Shown here one piece after another: positions 27,582 to 36,698 of a DNA stretch of 64,000 bases. A model generated the notes under the pieces. The model was not told where the DNA came from. It ran no database searches and was given only the letters and a program-made list of their open reading frames with translations. Position 1 is the stretch's first letter. Each line of letters begins with the position of its first letter. The position numbers and the translations under genes were made by a program. This stretch comes from a bacterium. Lineage in GTDB: Bacteria; Desulfobacterota; DSWW01. The stretch lies in assembly GCA_040756235.1 (NCBI GenBank), contig JBFLZG010000154.1, positions 1 through 64,000 of the forward strand, given 5' to 3'.

Positions 27582-28586
27582 TCAGGGAACACGGATCGGC
27601 CGCTTGATGTATCCGTGCTCGTGAAACCAGCGCACCGACTTCCGGAGACATTCATCGACCGGAGTCACCGTGAGCCCCAGCTCCCGGACCGCCTTCGCGT
27701 TGGAGGCGTGGAGCCTGCATTTCATGAACCGGGCCGACGCCACGCTGAACATCGTGTACCGGCCCAGGAGCCTGGTCATGACGAGCTCCACGAGGAAGGA
27801 GACTGCCAGGGCGACCGCGTAGGGGATGGCGGCCTTGGGCATGGGCGCGCCGGTGAGCCTGGCAAGGGCAGCGAGGATCTCCGAGACCCTCATGTTCTGA
27901 TTGCCCAGGATGTAGCGTTCCCCGGGCCTGCCTCGCTCCATGGCGAGCCGATGGCCCAGGGCCACGTCGTCCGCGTCGATCACGTTGATGTAGAGCTCCG
28001 GGTAGAGGGGCATCTTGCCGTTGAGGAAATCCACGACGAGCTTTCCGGTGGGCGTGGGTTTGAGGTCGCGGGCGCCCAGCGGCGCGGTCGGGTTGACCAC
28101 CACGATCGGCAGGCCCCTGGCCAGGGCGCGGTAAGCCTCGAACTCGGCCATGTACTTGGTGGTAGCGTAGGGCAGGAAGAACTCGCCCAGATTCCACAGA
28201 CTCTCCTCGTCGACCTCCGCGCCGCTCGCGGCCGAGCCCACCGCCGCAACTGTGGAGGTGTGGACCACGCGCCGCACGCCCGCGTCCAGACACGCCCGCA
28301 GCACGTTGCGGGTGCCGTCGACGTTCACGCGGTAGTAGGCCTCCGGCGGATCGTCCACGGTGTACAGGGCGGCCGCGTGGTAGACCCGGTCACAGCCCGC
28401 GACGGCCTTCCTCACCGAGTCGAGGTCCGTGACGTCGCCCCGGGCCTCCTCGACGGCGAGTCCTTGCAGGTTGAGGCGGTTGCTCCCGGGCCGTACGAGC
28501 GCCTTCACCTCTTCTCCGTTCTTCAAGAGCTCGCGCACGACTGCGGAGCCGATGAACCCGGTCGCGCCGGTAACGAGGGCTTTCAT
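27582..28586 (-). CDS. NAD-dependent epimerase/dehydratase (extended SDR, HpnA/DFR-like)
   Basis: TGATGFIG, HAAA, YATTK, PTPTG. Confidence 0.9.
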   Translation of the reverse strand: MKALVTGATGFIGSAVVRELLKNGEEVKALVRPGSNRLNLQGLAVEEARGDVTDLDSVRKAVAGCDRVYHAAALYTVDDPPEAYYRVNVDGTRNVLRACLDAGVRRVVHTSTVAAVGSAASGAEVDEESLWNLGEFFLPYATTKYMAEFEAYRALARGLPIVVVNPTAPLGARDLKPTPTGKLVVDFLNGKMPLYPELYINVIDADDVALGHRLAMERGRPGERYILGNQNMRVSEILAALARLTGAPMPKAAIPYAVALAVSFLVELVMTRLLGRYTMFSVASARFMKCRLHASNAKAVRELGLTVTPVDECLRKSVRWFHEHGYIKRPIRVP

Positions 28587-28681
28587 GTCCGCCTCCGGTC
28601 AGGTGAGAGGTGAAAACGGTCAAAGCAAGACTCAGATCTCCGCATCTCTGCCCTGTTGCTGTGCGAAACCGGTTGTCCGGC

Positions 28682-29776
28682 TCAGACCTCCATGCCGCTC
28701 TTCAGCAGGTCGTCGACGATCTGGGCCTGCAGCTCGCGGAAGGTCTCGGGGGGCACGGCCTGGTCCGGCCTGCGGACCATGCGGAGCGCATCGGCCGGGC
28801 ACTGCAGCGTGCAGACCGCGCATCCGATGCACCGGGCCGGGTCGACCCGGGCCGCGTCTCCTTCGAGCTCCAGGGCCTCCATGTGACAGGCCTCCACGCA
28901 GGCGCCGCAGCCGGTGCAGGCATCGCGGTCGACGGCGAGGGTGAAGTTGGACGAGGTCGCCAGGGAAGGCATCCGGCTGTTCTTGACGCTCGTCAGGATC
29001 CCGCAGCAGCAGCCGCAGCAGGCGCAGATGAAATCGATGCGCTTGCGGGTGTTGTTCGAGGTGAGAACGAGACCGGCCTCGACCGCCCTGCGGACCGCGG
29101 CATGGGCCTCCTCCCGGCCGATCTTGCGGCCGAACCCCCGTTCGTACACGAACCGGGCGAAGGGGCCGAACTGCATGCAGACGTCTTTGGGCCCTGCGCA
29201 CGCCTTGCCGAGGAGCTCCTTCTGGTGGCGGCAGTAGCAGGTGGAGAGGCTGATCTCCTCGGCCTGGTCGATGTAGTGAGAGACCTGCTCGTAGGTGTGG
29301 ACCCCGATGGAGGCTTCGATCTGCTGCTCGATGGGGACGACCCGCGCGAACGGCGTGATCCTCGGCGGCGGCCCTTCGGTAAAAGGAGCGTGCAGAACTT
29401 CCTCGAACAGACGGGCGAGCTCCACGTCTCCTTGGCGCCGGTCCCCTTTCATGAACTGGAGTTCGAACACGCCCGGGAAGAGCTGCAGCAGCTTGTACTG
29501 GCGGGTCGGCTCGGACTTGCAGTAGAGCAGCCCTTTGTTGGTCATGGTCTCGAGGCGCTCGGCAACGCACGAGACCTCCTCACCGAGCGCCCGGGCGACG
29601 CCGGCGGCGTCCTGGAAGATCCCCGGCGTCATGGCCAGGGCGGTGCGCGCCTCGTCCTCGACGTAAATCGCTCTGAGCACGTTGCGGAGCTTGTCGCCCT
29701 TGGGGCCGCTCATGCCGATCATGCGATAGAGGTCTCCAAGCCGGTCATAGAGGTCCTGATCTGCAGGCGCCATCAT
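28682..29776 (-). CDS. Fe-S binding protein with C-terminal 2x[4Fe-4S] domain
   Basis: CYCR, CACCGCCC, CTGCGACVEAC, CIGCAVCTLQCP; start ATG 29776 with aaggaga RBS. Confidence 0.88.
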   Translation of the reverse strand: MMAPADQDLYDRLGDLYRMIGMSGPKGDKLRNVLRAIYVEDEARTALAMTPGIFQDAAGVARALGEEVSCVAERLETMTNKGLLYCKSEPTRQYKLLQLFPGVFELQFMKGDRRQGDVELARLFEEVLHAPFTEGPPPRITPFARVVPIEQQIEASIGVHTYEQVSHYIDQAEEISLSTCYCRHQKELLGKACAGPKDVCMQFGPFARFVYERGFGRKIGREEAHAAVRRAVEAGLVLTSNNTRKRIDFICACCGCCCGILTSVKNSRMPSLATSSNFTLAVDRDACTGCGACVEACHMEALELEGDAARVDPARCIGCAVCTLQCPADALRMVRRPDQAVPPETFRELQAQIVDDLLKSGMEV

Positions 29777-29817
29777 CGGTTCTCCTTCAAGAGTGGCGTG
29801 AAGTCGTGTTCGTGAGA

Positions 29818-30918
29818 TCATGCCGCCGGCCGCATCCTCCGGATCGAACTCATCATGGGCTCCACCGGGCTGTAACCCGGCACCCCCTCGACCGCGTGCC
29901 GCGAGAGCCGGCACATCGCCCGGGGAAACCAGCGCAGCAGCTGTTTTTGAATCGAGTTCCGGAATCGGTTGCGTTCGTACATGCGGCGGCGGATCAGGGT
30001 CCGGACGTAGTTGCGGTTGATCCGCTGGAATTCGCGTTCCGCCCCCCGGGGGTCTCGGACGGCCGTTGCCGCGATCTTGCCGGAAAGCAGCGCTCCGTGG
30101 ATCCCGAAGAGGAACATGGGGTCCATGGAGCCGGACAGGCTGCCGGCCAGGATCTTGTCTCCCATGAAGAGCCTGGGGTTGCGCGCGCTCTTGGTCGGCA
30201 CGGCGCCGGTCAGAAACCTCCAGCTCTTGAGCTCCACGCCGAGCCGCTCGCGGATCTTGCCCACGCAGTCGTCGAGGTTTCCCTTGGACAGCGGCTTGCG
30301 CGAGAAGAGCAGGGCGTACCAGAGACGGTTCATCGCCGTGGCGTAGAAGTAGTCGTTCGTGTAGTCGTCCATGTAGCTCACCAGGAGCTGCTCGAACTCC
30401 GCCTTGAGGCTGCCGAACACTTCCTCGTTGCGCTCGGCGCACATCCAGAAGGAGTAGACCGTCTCGTAGGGGATCTCCATGGCGTCGAACATCTCGCGGT
30501 GGAGGCCGGTCGCGATGATGCTGTCCGGCGGCAGGTCGAAGGGGTCCCGGACCAGGGTATCGAAGACGAACCGGACCCCGTGGCGCAGGCACTCCTGGTA
30601 CAGGTACATGTCGATCGCCGTGGGCCGGTCGCCGCGCTCCACGCAGTAGAGGGTGTCCGTCCGGCAGGAGAAGAGCGCGTCCTGGACGCCCATTTGAAAC
30701 GAGCGGATCGGCTTGAAGCACGGCGCGAGGTCGATCCCGGTGTAGTGGCTCACGGCCTCCACGTGGATCGGCGTGCTGTGGCAGGAGGGGTGCACGTGCT
30801 TGAGGCCTCCGATGCCGGAGTGGCCCTCGAGCACCGTGACTTCGTCACCCTCACGGGCCAGGTGGATGGCGGCGACCATTCCGGAAAGTCCTGCTCCGAC
30901 GATCTGCACTTTTGGCAT
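29818..30918 (-). CDS. FAD/NAD(P)-dependent oxidoreductase
   Basis: IVGAGLSG Rossmann, ATG, AGSLSGSMDP...FGIHGALLSG; start ATG 30918. Confidence 0.85.
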   Translation of the reverse strand: MPKVQIVGAGLSGMVAAIHLAREGDEVTVLEGHSGIGGLKHVHPSCHSTPIHVEAVSHYTGIDLAPCFKPIRSFQMGVQDALFSCRTDTLYCVERGDRPTAIDMYLYQECLRHGVRFVFDTLVRDPFDLPPDSIIATGLHREMFDAMEIPYETVYSFWMCAERNEEVFGSLKAEFEQLLVSYMDDYTNDYFYATAMNRLWYALLFSRKPLSKGNLDDCVGKIRERLGVELKSWRFLTGAVPTKSARNPRLFMGDKILAGSLSGSMDPMFLFGIHGALLSGKIAATAVRDPRGAEREFQRINRNYVRTLIRRRMYERNRFRNSIQKQLLRWFPRAMCRLSRHAVEGVPGYSPVEPMMSSIRRMRPAA

Positions 30919-31025
30919 GGCTGCCTCCCGCGTCCATACGGGTCCGCTTTTTCCGATGACAAGCATCATAGCCGTCCGGCCGACCGGGATCAAAAAGCCT
31001 CTGCGGGTTTCAGGATCGACGGGAG

Positions 31026-31055
31026 TTGACAAGATCGCCGGTCCGCCCCTAAAAT
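31026..31055 (+). promoter_or_regulatory. Sigma70 promoter of marR
   Basis: TTGACA-N18-TAAAAT. Confidence 0.6.
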
Positions 31056-31056
31056 G

Positions 31057-31071
31057 TTTTGAAACTCAAAA
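31057..31071. promoter_or_regulatory. Putative MarR operator
   Basis: Perfect inverted repeat TTTTGA-AAC-TCAAAA directly after the -10 box. Confidence 0.6.
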
Positions 31072-31086
31072 TAAGCGAGCGCAGCC

Positions 31087-31527
31087 GTGGACGAATCCAA
31101 GATCGAGCAATTCAACGAGCTGCTCGTTTCCATATCGACGAACATGATGCTCCATGAGATGGGCAGCGCGAAGAAGGAATTCCTTCTCAAGAACCTTTCG
31201 TTCCAGGAGCTTCATACGATCGAGCTCATCGGCAAGCTCGAGCATCCGACCATGGGCCAGTTGGCCAGAGCGGCCAAGGTCACCCAGGGGACCATCTCGA
31301 TCATGGTCAAGAAACTGGTGGAGAAGGGCCTGGTGGAGAGGACCGGAAGCCCCGAGGATCTTCGCGTGGTGAAGGCGCGCCTGACCGAGAAGGGATGCGA
31401 AGCCTACCGTCAGCACCAGGAGATGCATCGGAAGGCCACGCGCGAATGGCTTTCTCTCGTGAGCGAGGACGAGAGCGAGATCATCCTAACGGTGCTCAAG
31501 AAGATCAACCGCTTCCTGTCCAGGTGA
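31087..31527 (+). CDS. MarR family transcriptional regulator
   Basis: TMGQLA...LVEKGLVER...DLRVVKARLTEKG wHTH signature. Confidence 0.93.
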   Translation: MDESKIEQFNELLVSISTNMMLHEMGSAKKEFLLKNLSFQELHTIELIGKLEHPTMGQLARAAKVTQGTISIMVKKLVEKGLVERTGSPEDLRVVKARLTEKGCEAYRQHQEMHRKATREWLSLVSEDESEIILTVLKKINRFLSR

Positions 31528-31545
31528 TTTTTTTTGCAGATATAT

Positions 31546-31558
31546 ATTGAACATCAAA
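31546..31558. promoter_or_regulatory. Second putative MarR operator
   Basis: TTGA-ACA-TCAA in an AT-rich patch upstream of the DUF523-like gene. Confidence 0.5.
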
Positions 31559-31597
31559 GTAGTCCGTCGGGAATTTCTTCCGCAGCGGGGAACGCGC

Positions 31598-32263
31598 ATG
31601 GATGAACGAGCGGGCAGGATCGTCTATGTCTCCGGTTGTCTGCTGAATCAGAACCTCCGCTTTCCGGGCATCGCGCTCAGAAAGGGGGCCTTCACGGAAG
31701 TCGTGGACCTGCTGTTGAGAAATGAGGTCGGGATCGCAGCGCTGCCCTGTCTGGAAAGGGACGGCTGGGGCGGCGTGACCAGGAAGACCTTTTTCCGGTT
31801 CCAGCCCCGCATCATCGCCAGCGTCGATGCGCGCTGGTTTCCGTGCGTCCGGCTCTGCATTCGAGCGTGGCTGTGGCATTTCGCAAGGCTCTGCAGAGCC
31901 AGGAGCAAAGCCGTTGCGGCGGAGATGGAAGATTTCGTCCGCGCAGGGGGCTCGGTCCTGGGGGTGGTCGCGATGGATGACAGCCCCACCTGCGGTGTCA
32001 CGAAGACGATCGATCTGCTCGAGGCCGCCCGCATCCTCAAGCGGCTCGGCTGGAGCGGTGCCGATCTCGATCACCCCGACCTGGAGAAAATGAAAAGGAC
32101 GCTCCCAGCTCTCTGCAGCAAGGGACAGGGGATCTTCATGAGGGAGGTCTGGAAGGAGATGCGCCGTAAGGGACTGGCGATCCCGATTGTCGGGTTCGAC
32201 CCATGGGGCGACTCCTCCCTGGAAGTCAGGCGGATCGCTCAGGCGCTGGGCCTCCGTGCCTGA
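31598..32263 (+). CDS. DUF523 / TudS-related Fe-S protein (putative desulfidase)
   Basis: SGCLLNQN, LPCLE, DSPTCGV, GIF motifs. Confidence 0.75.
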   Translation: MDERAGRIVYVSGCLLNQNLRFPGIALRKGAFTEVVDLLLRNEVGIAALPCLERDGWGGVTRKTFFRFQPRIIASVDARWFPCVRLCIRAWLWHFARLCRARSKAVAAEMEDFVRAGGSVLGVVAMDDSPTCGVTKTIDLLEAARILKRLGWSGADLDHPDLEKMKRTLPALCSKGQGIFMREVWKEMRRKGLAIPIVGFDPWGDSSLEVRRIAQALGLRA

Positions 32264-32300
32264 CCTGCACGACCACTCGGGGCTGAGAGGAGGGACACAA

Positions 32301-33668
32301 ATGCCGGATCTGTCGGTTCCGTTTGCAGGACTTCGTTTGCGCAATCCCCTGATCGCATCGGCAGGGCCCATCACGGCGCGCGTGGAGATGGTCGGGAGGC
32401 TTGCGGACTCGGGCATCGGAGCGATCGTGACCAAGACGGGGTTCACGCGCAAGGAGTACGAGAAATGGGTGGGCAGGAGGGACATCTTCCCTTACAAGCC
32501 CGTCTACAAGTACCAGGCCCTGCAGAACGGAAAGCTCCTTTGCCTCCCCACGCTGGCCGACGTTCCGGTCGCCGCAATGGCGGGACGCATAGAACGGATG
32601 AAGCGCTTCGGTGTTCCGATCATCGGGAGCATCATGGGCCTGGGCGTCCGGGGCTACCAGGAGAGCGCCAGGATTCTCGAGAGCGCCGGAGCAGACGCCA
32701 TCGAGCTGGACCTCTGCTGCACCATCCCGGAATTCACCTTCCGCTACAAGTACGCGGGTCAGAACGCGACGCTTTCCCCCCGACGGTATGCGCGGCTCGT
32801 CAAAGCGGTCCGCGACACCGTATCCGTGCCGGTCGGAGCGAAATCCACGGTCTCGTATTACGTATACGCAAGACTGCTCGAAGGGCTCGTCCGCACCCGG
32901 ATCCGCAATCGCATGCCGGATTTTGTGACCCTCGTGGGCCAACTGGATGAGAACCCCGGAGTAGACCTGGCCACCCTCAAGCCCCTGGTCCGGCACATCC
33001 CCACCTTCGGCTGGCAGGGGAGCCTGGCCAAATTGACCTATTCGGCTCTCGCGACCTTCAGCAGCTGCCTGGGAACGGATCGTCCTTTTCTCTCGGCGTC
33101 CGGCGGAATCCGGGATTGCGAGGGTGTAGTGAATTCGATGGCTCTGGGCGCCACGACCGTGCAGTTGCAGACGGCCATTCTGGACAGGGGGGCAGCGGTG
33201 GTCACGGAGATCCTCGATGACCTGGAGCGCTATCTGGGTGAGCATGCCATCCCCCGCGCGGCCGAGATCATCGGTGTCGCCAGCCGGGATTACATCCCGT
33301 CTCTCGCCCTGGGGGAATTCATGCTCGCCCGGGACCGGCTCCACGGGAAGCTCTGCGCCGCCGTGGACCGGGATCTCTGTACCGGATGCGGCCTCTGCGC
33401 GGAGCTCTGCACCGAAGGGGCGATCCGCATCGAAGACGATCGGCCCGTCGTGGACAGAGAACGATGCAGAGGGTGCAATCTGTGCGTCTTGAAGTGCCCG
33501 CAGGAAGCCATGGAGCTGGATCCGTTCGACTCCCTGGAGAGGCTCATGGCCGAATACAAAGAATCCCCGGCGGCCCGGTCCTTCAAAGCGTTCATGCAGA
33601 AGGAGAGGATCGGATTCACGGACCTGCTGGGGCTGCCCCGGAAATTGAAGAGTTGGGGATTCCTCTGA
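32301..33668 (+). CDS. Dihydroorotate/dihydropyrimidine dehydrogenase (PreA)-like FMN protein with C-terminal 2x[4Fe-4S]
   Basis: LRNPLIASAGP, VTKT, GADAIELDL, SGGI, CTGCGLC and CRGCNLC. Confidence 0.82.
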   Translation: MPDLSVPFAGLRLRNPLIASAGPITARVEMVGRLADSGIGAIVTKTGFTRKEYEKWVGRRDIFPYKPVYKYQALQNGKLLCLPTLADVPVAAMAGRIERMKRFGVPIIGSIMGLGVRGYQESARILESAGADAIELDLCCTIPEFTFRYKYAGQNATLSPRRYARLVKAVRDTVSVPVGAKSTVSYYVYARLLEGLVRTRIRNRMPDFVTLVGQLDENPGVDLATLKPLVRHIPTFGWQGSLAKLTYSALATFSSCLGTDRPFLSASGGIRDCEGVVNSMALGATTVQLQTAILDRGAAVVTEILDDLERYLGEHAIPRAAEIIGVASRDYIPSLALGEFMLARDRLHGKLCAAVDRDLCTGCGLCAELCTEGAIRIEDDRPVVDRERCRGCNLCVLKCPQEAMELDPFDSLERLMAEYKESPAARSFKAFMQKERIGFTDLLGLPRKLKSWGFL

Positions 33669-33726
33669 GCGTGCTCGGGAGCAACCGAGCAGGCAGCGCG
33701 ATTTTTCACGAACCAGGAGGCCCGAA

Positions 33727-34656
33727 ATGAAGGTCGTCGACGTACATGTCCATCTGTTTCCTGAGGACGTCGTGGACGCATACATGGAGAACTACAGCGC
33801 CCACAGCTCTCTCCCCGCCGCCTGCAGGCCGACGCTGCAACAGCTCTTCAGAGAGTATGAAGGGATCGACGTGCTGAAGTACGTGATCCTCCAGGAATGG
33901 GAGAGCACGAAGCCGTTCGAGTCGAAGAACATCAGGCTCGCCGCCGAGTCAGACCGCTTCTACAACAGGTGCTACTTTTACTACATCAACAAATGGCTCG
34001 CCAAAATACAGAGCGAGAACAGCAAGCTCCTCTGTTTCGGCGGCATTCACCCGGACGACAGCGATTGCGTCGCTGAGCTCGATCGGCTGGTGCAGGAGTA
34101 CAAGCTCGGCGGATTGAAGCTCGTGCCTTGCATGCAGCATTTTTTCCTGACCGACCGGCGCCTGTTCCCCGCGTACGAGAAGGCGGAAGCGGCCGGGATG
34201 CCGGTGCTGGTCCACACCGGCGCGGATCCGGTCCCCGGGTGCGAGCTGTTCGGGCACCCGCGGGACGTCGATGTGATCGCTTCCGCGTTCCCGCGCCTGG
34301 TGATCATCATGGCCCATATGGGCGTGCCCTTCTTCCATGAGACCAAAGAGGTTCTTGCCAAGCACGAGAACGTCTTCACGGACCTGTCCGGCGCTGTCGT
34401 ATACGACGAAGTCCGCGCCTTTGCGGCACGTCACCGCATCGACCCATCTTTTCTCTCTCAGCTCACCCGGGAATCCTGGAGCTCGACTCTCTCGACCCTC
34501 ATGAAAGACATGGGCCTTGAAAGGGTCCTGTTCGGCAGCGACTTTCCGTTCATCAGGCCGGCCGTGGCCCTGGAGGCATTCCTGCAGCTGGACCTGCCGG
34601 ATGAGGGGAAGGAAAGGATCCTCTGGAAGAACGCGCGGGAGATTCTCAAGATATGA
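33727..34656 (+). CDS. Amidohydrolase_2 family protein
   Basis: DVHVH, VHTG, MAHMG, FGSDFP. Confidence 0.88.
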   Translation: MKVVDVHVHLFPEDVVDAYMENYSAHSSLPAACRPTLQQLFREYEGIDVLKYVILQEWESTKPFESKNIRLAAESDRFYNRCYFYYINKWLAKIQSENSKLLCFGGIHPDDSDCVAELDRLVQEYKLGGLKLVPCMQHFFLTDRRLFPAYEKAEAAGMPVLVHTGADPVPGCELFGHPRDVDVIASAFPRLVIIMAHMGVPFFHETKEVLAKHENVFTDLSGAVVYDEVRAFAARHRIDPSFLSQLTRESWSSTLSTLMKDMGLERVLFGSDFPFIRPAVALEAFLQLDLPDEGKERILWKNAREILKI

Positions 34657-34684
34657 AAGGACAGCAGGAGACCGGAGGAAGACC

Positions 34685-34948
34685 GTGACCGTACGCGTCC
34701 CGGGTGTGCGGGTGGGCGAAAGAGGCGCAAGGCGCGGGATCCCCCGCAACGTCGTGCTGCTCGGGACCGTGAGCGTGCTGACCGATGCGGCCCGCGAGAT
34801 GATCTGCCCCCGATTCCGTTCTTCCTCTCGCTCCTGGGTTCGGGGGCGGTCGCTCTCGGCGTGCTGGAAGGGTGGCCGAGACGACCTCGAGCGTGCTCAA
34901 GCTGGCCTCGGGAGTGCTCGCCGACCGGATGCGGAGAAACAAGCCTGT
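34685..34948 (+). pseudogene. Truncated, frameshifted MFS transporter 5' remnant
   Basis: GIPRNVVLLGTVSVLTDAAREMI / IPFFLSLLGSGAVALGVLEG / VAETTSSVLKLASGVLADRMRRNKP across three frames. Confidence 0.7.
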
Positions 34949-35209
34949 TCAGCAGTCGTTCAGAGAGCAGTAGAGCCGTTGCACCTGTTCCTGGATGCGC
35001 GCGATGCGTTCTTTGATCAGGCAGGCAAGCTGGAGCTGGGGGCTGGAGCGGGCGGGATCGGTCTCCAGCAGAAGGAAGTCCGCCGCTATGTTCACCTGGG
35101 CGAAGGAGTCCCGGAGTTCCTCGATGAGCCCCGCGGCGGAATCAGACTCTCGCGAGTGCGTTTCCTGTGTGAACGGGGTAAAGCCCATCTCGTGCGTGCG
35201 CGTTGCCAT
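34949..35209 (-). CDS. Small hypothetical protein resembling a stand-alone HisKA (DHp) helical hairpin lacking the His
   Basis: AAGLIEELRDSFAQVNIAADFLL...IKERIARIQEQVQRL; sigma54 box upstream. Confidence 0.5.
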   Translation of the reverse strand: MATRTHEMGFTPFTQETHSRESDSAAGLIEELRDSFAQVNIAADFLLLETDPARSSPQLQLACLIKERIARIQEQVQRLYCSLNDC

Positions 35210-35278
35210 GGCGAGTCTGAACCTCCGGGACAAGTCCGTTCTTGAAGAGAACCGGGGGGTGAGCAATTTTGTACTGGG

Positions 35279-35294
35279 AGCAAGGCCTGTGCCA
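35279..35294 (-). promoter_or_regulatory. Sigma54 -24/-12 promoter
   Basis: TGGCAC-AGGCC-TTGCT. Confidence 0.7.
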
Positions 35295-35456
35295 GGAACG
35301 AAACTCCGGGCAAGGCGCGCCGGCCGAGAAGGTAAGTTGTCGAGCTAAAAAGGAAAGGAGGCGCTGCTGCAAGCGCCCCTGGAAAAAAGAGGCGGTCGAC
35401 GGGGCCGGTGACGAGTGACGGGGACTGTCACAAATTTGACGTAATGACGGAAAGCG

Positions 35457-35645
35457 TCACTTGCCGCGCCCTGTGCCGCGGACGGGGCGGCGCGGGCGGC
35501 GGGCGTGGTTGTCGGAGAGGATGAAGACGATATTGGGCGGCTGCGGGCCGGCGCGAGCGGGCAGCAGAGCACCGGAGCCGAGTAGGAAGCCAGCAGCCAG
35601 GCCGGTCCGGATCACGGCCCTTCTTGAAACCTGCAAGCACGGCAT
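35457..35645 (-). pseudogene. Sulfatase N-terminal remnant
   Basis: Signal-like segment then PPNIVFILSDNH, after which homology stops. Confidence 0.6.
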
Positions 35646-35765
35646 GGCCCGGATTCACCTCAGGGGAAATGGGTCCTCGGGTCCTCGCGGCGCACCATAC
35701 GAATGTGTGATAGATCGCGTCAACGGTTCGAGCACGGCCGCCTGCCGCTCGCGTTTCGCGGATCT

Positions 35766-36569
35766 CTACTTCCCCTTGTACTGGGGTTTTCTCTTCTGCT
35801 TGAATGCCCGGGGGCCTTCCTGGGCGTCTTCGGTCATGAACACGGGCATCCCGATTTCCAGCTCCTTGGCGAGCCCTTCCCGCAGGGTCAGGCCGATCGA
35901 CTGGAGCACGGCTTTCTTCAAGGCGACGACCGCGAGAGGGCCGTTCTCCGCGATGATCCGCGCAAATCTCTCGGCCTCCTCCATGACCTTTTCTCTCGGC
36001 ACCACGCGGTTGACAAATCCCAGACGATAGGCCTCGTCGGCGTCCATCAGCTCCCCACTGAGCAGGATCTCCATGGTCCGGGCATAGGGGAGCTGTCGCG
36101 GCAGCTTGACGGTCGAGCCGGTCATCGGGAAGATCGCCCACTTGACCTCCTGGAGGCCGAACTTCGCGCCCTCGGCCGCGATGCGGATATCCGTGGAATA
36201 GAGAAGCTCCATCCCTCCGGCAATGGCGTGCCCGTTGATGGCGGCGATGACCGGCTTGTAGAGCTCGAAATCGCGCAGCAGCGCCTTGCTGGCGATGGTC
36301 GCGTCCGCCGCGACGGCCTTGTCGGCTTCGGTCTCCGGCTTCTTGGCACCGGTGAACAGGGGAATCAGCTTGCCCAGATCCGCCCCGGCGCAGAAGGCCT
36401 TGTCCCCGGCCCCGGTGATGATGGCGCAGCGCATCGCGGCGTCATCCCGATAGTCCTGCCACGCCGCGATCAGCTCGAGAATGGTCTCCGGGTCGAGCGA
36501 GTTCCGAGCCTCGGGCCGGTTGAGGGTCAGATAGGCGATCCCATCCTTCTTTTCGTAGATCAGGGCCAT
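35766..36569 (-). CDS. Enoyl-CoA hydratase/isomerase
   Basis: LNRPEARN, FCAGADL, AGGMEL, FGLQEV. Confidence 0.93.
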   Translation of the reverse strand: MALIYEKKDGIAYLTLNRPEARNSLDPETILELIAAWQDYRDDAAMRCAIITGAGDKAFCAGADLGKLIPLFTGAKKPETEADKAVAADATIASKALLRDFELYKPVIAAINGHAIAGGMELLYSTDIRIAAEGAKFGLQEVKWAIFPMTGSTVKLPRQLPYARTMEILLSGELMDADEAYRLGFVNRVVPREKVMEEAERFARIIAENGPLAVVALKKAVLQSIGLTLREGLAKELEIGMPVFMTEDAQEGPRAFKQKRKPQYKGK

Positions 36570-36698
36570 CTCATTCCTCCTTGCGCGTCGCTGTTACGGG
36601 AGTCTCCTCGGAAGGGGGAGAACGCTTCGGGATGGTGCCGGAAGATCGCGAGCTCGAGACAAAGGCCTTTCCGACAATACTCTCCTCCGGCCCTTGGC

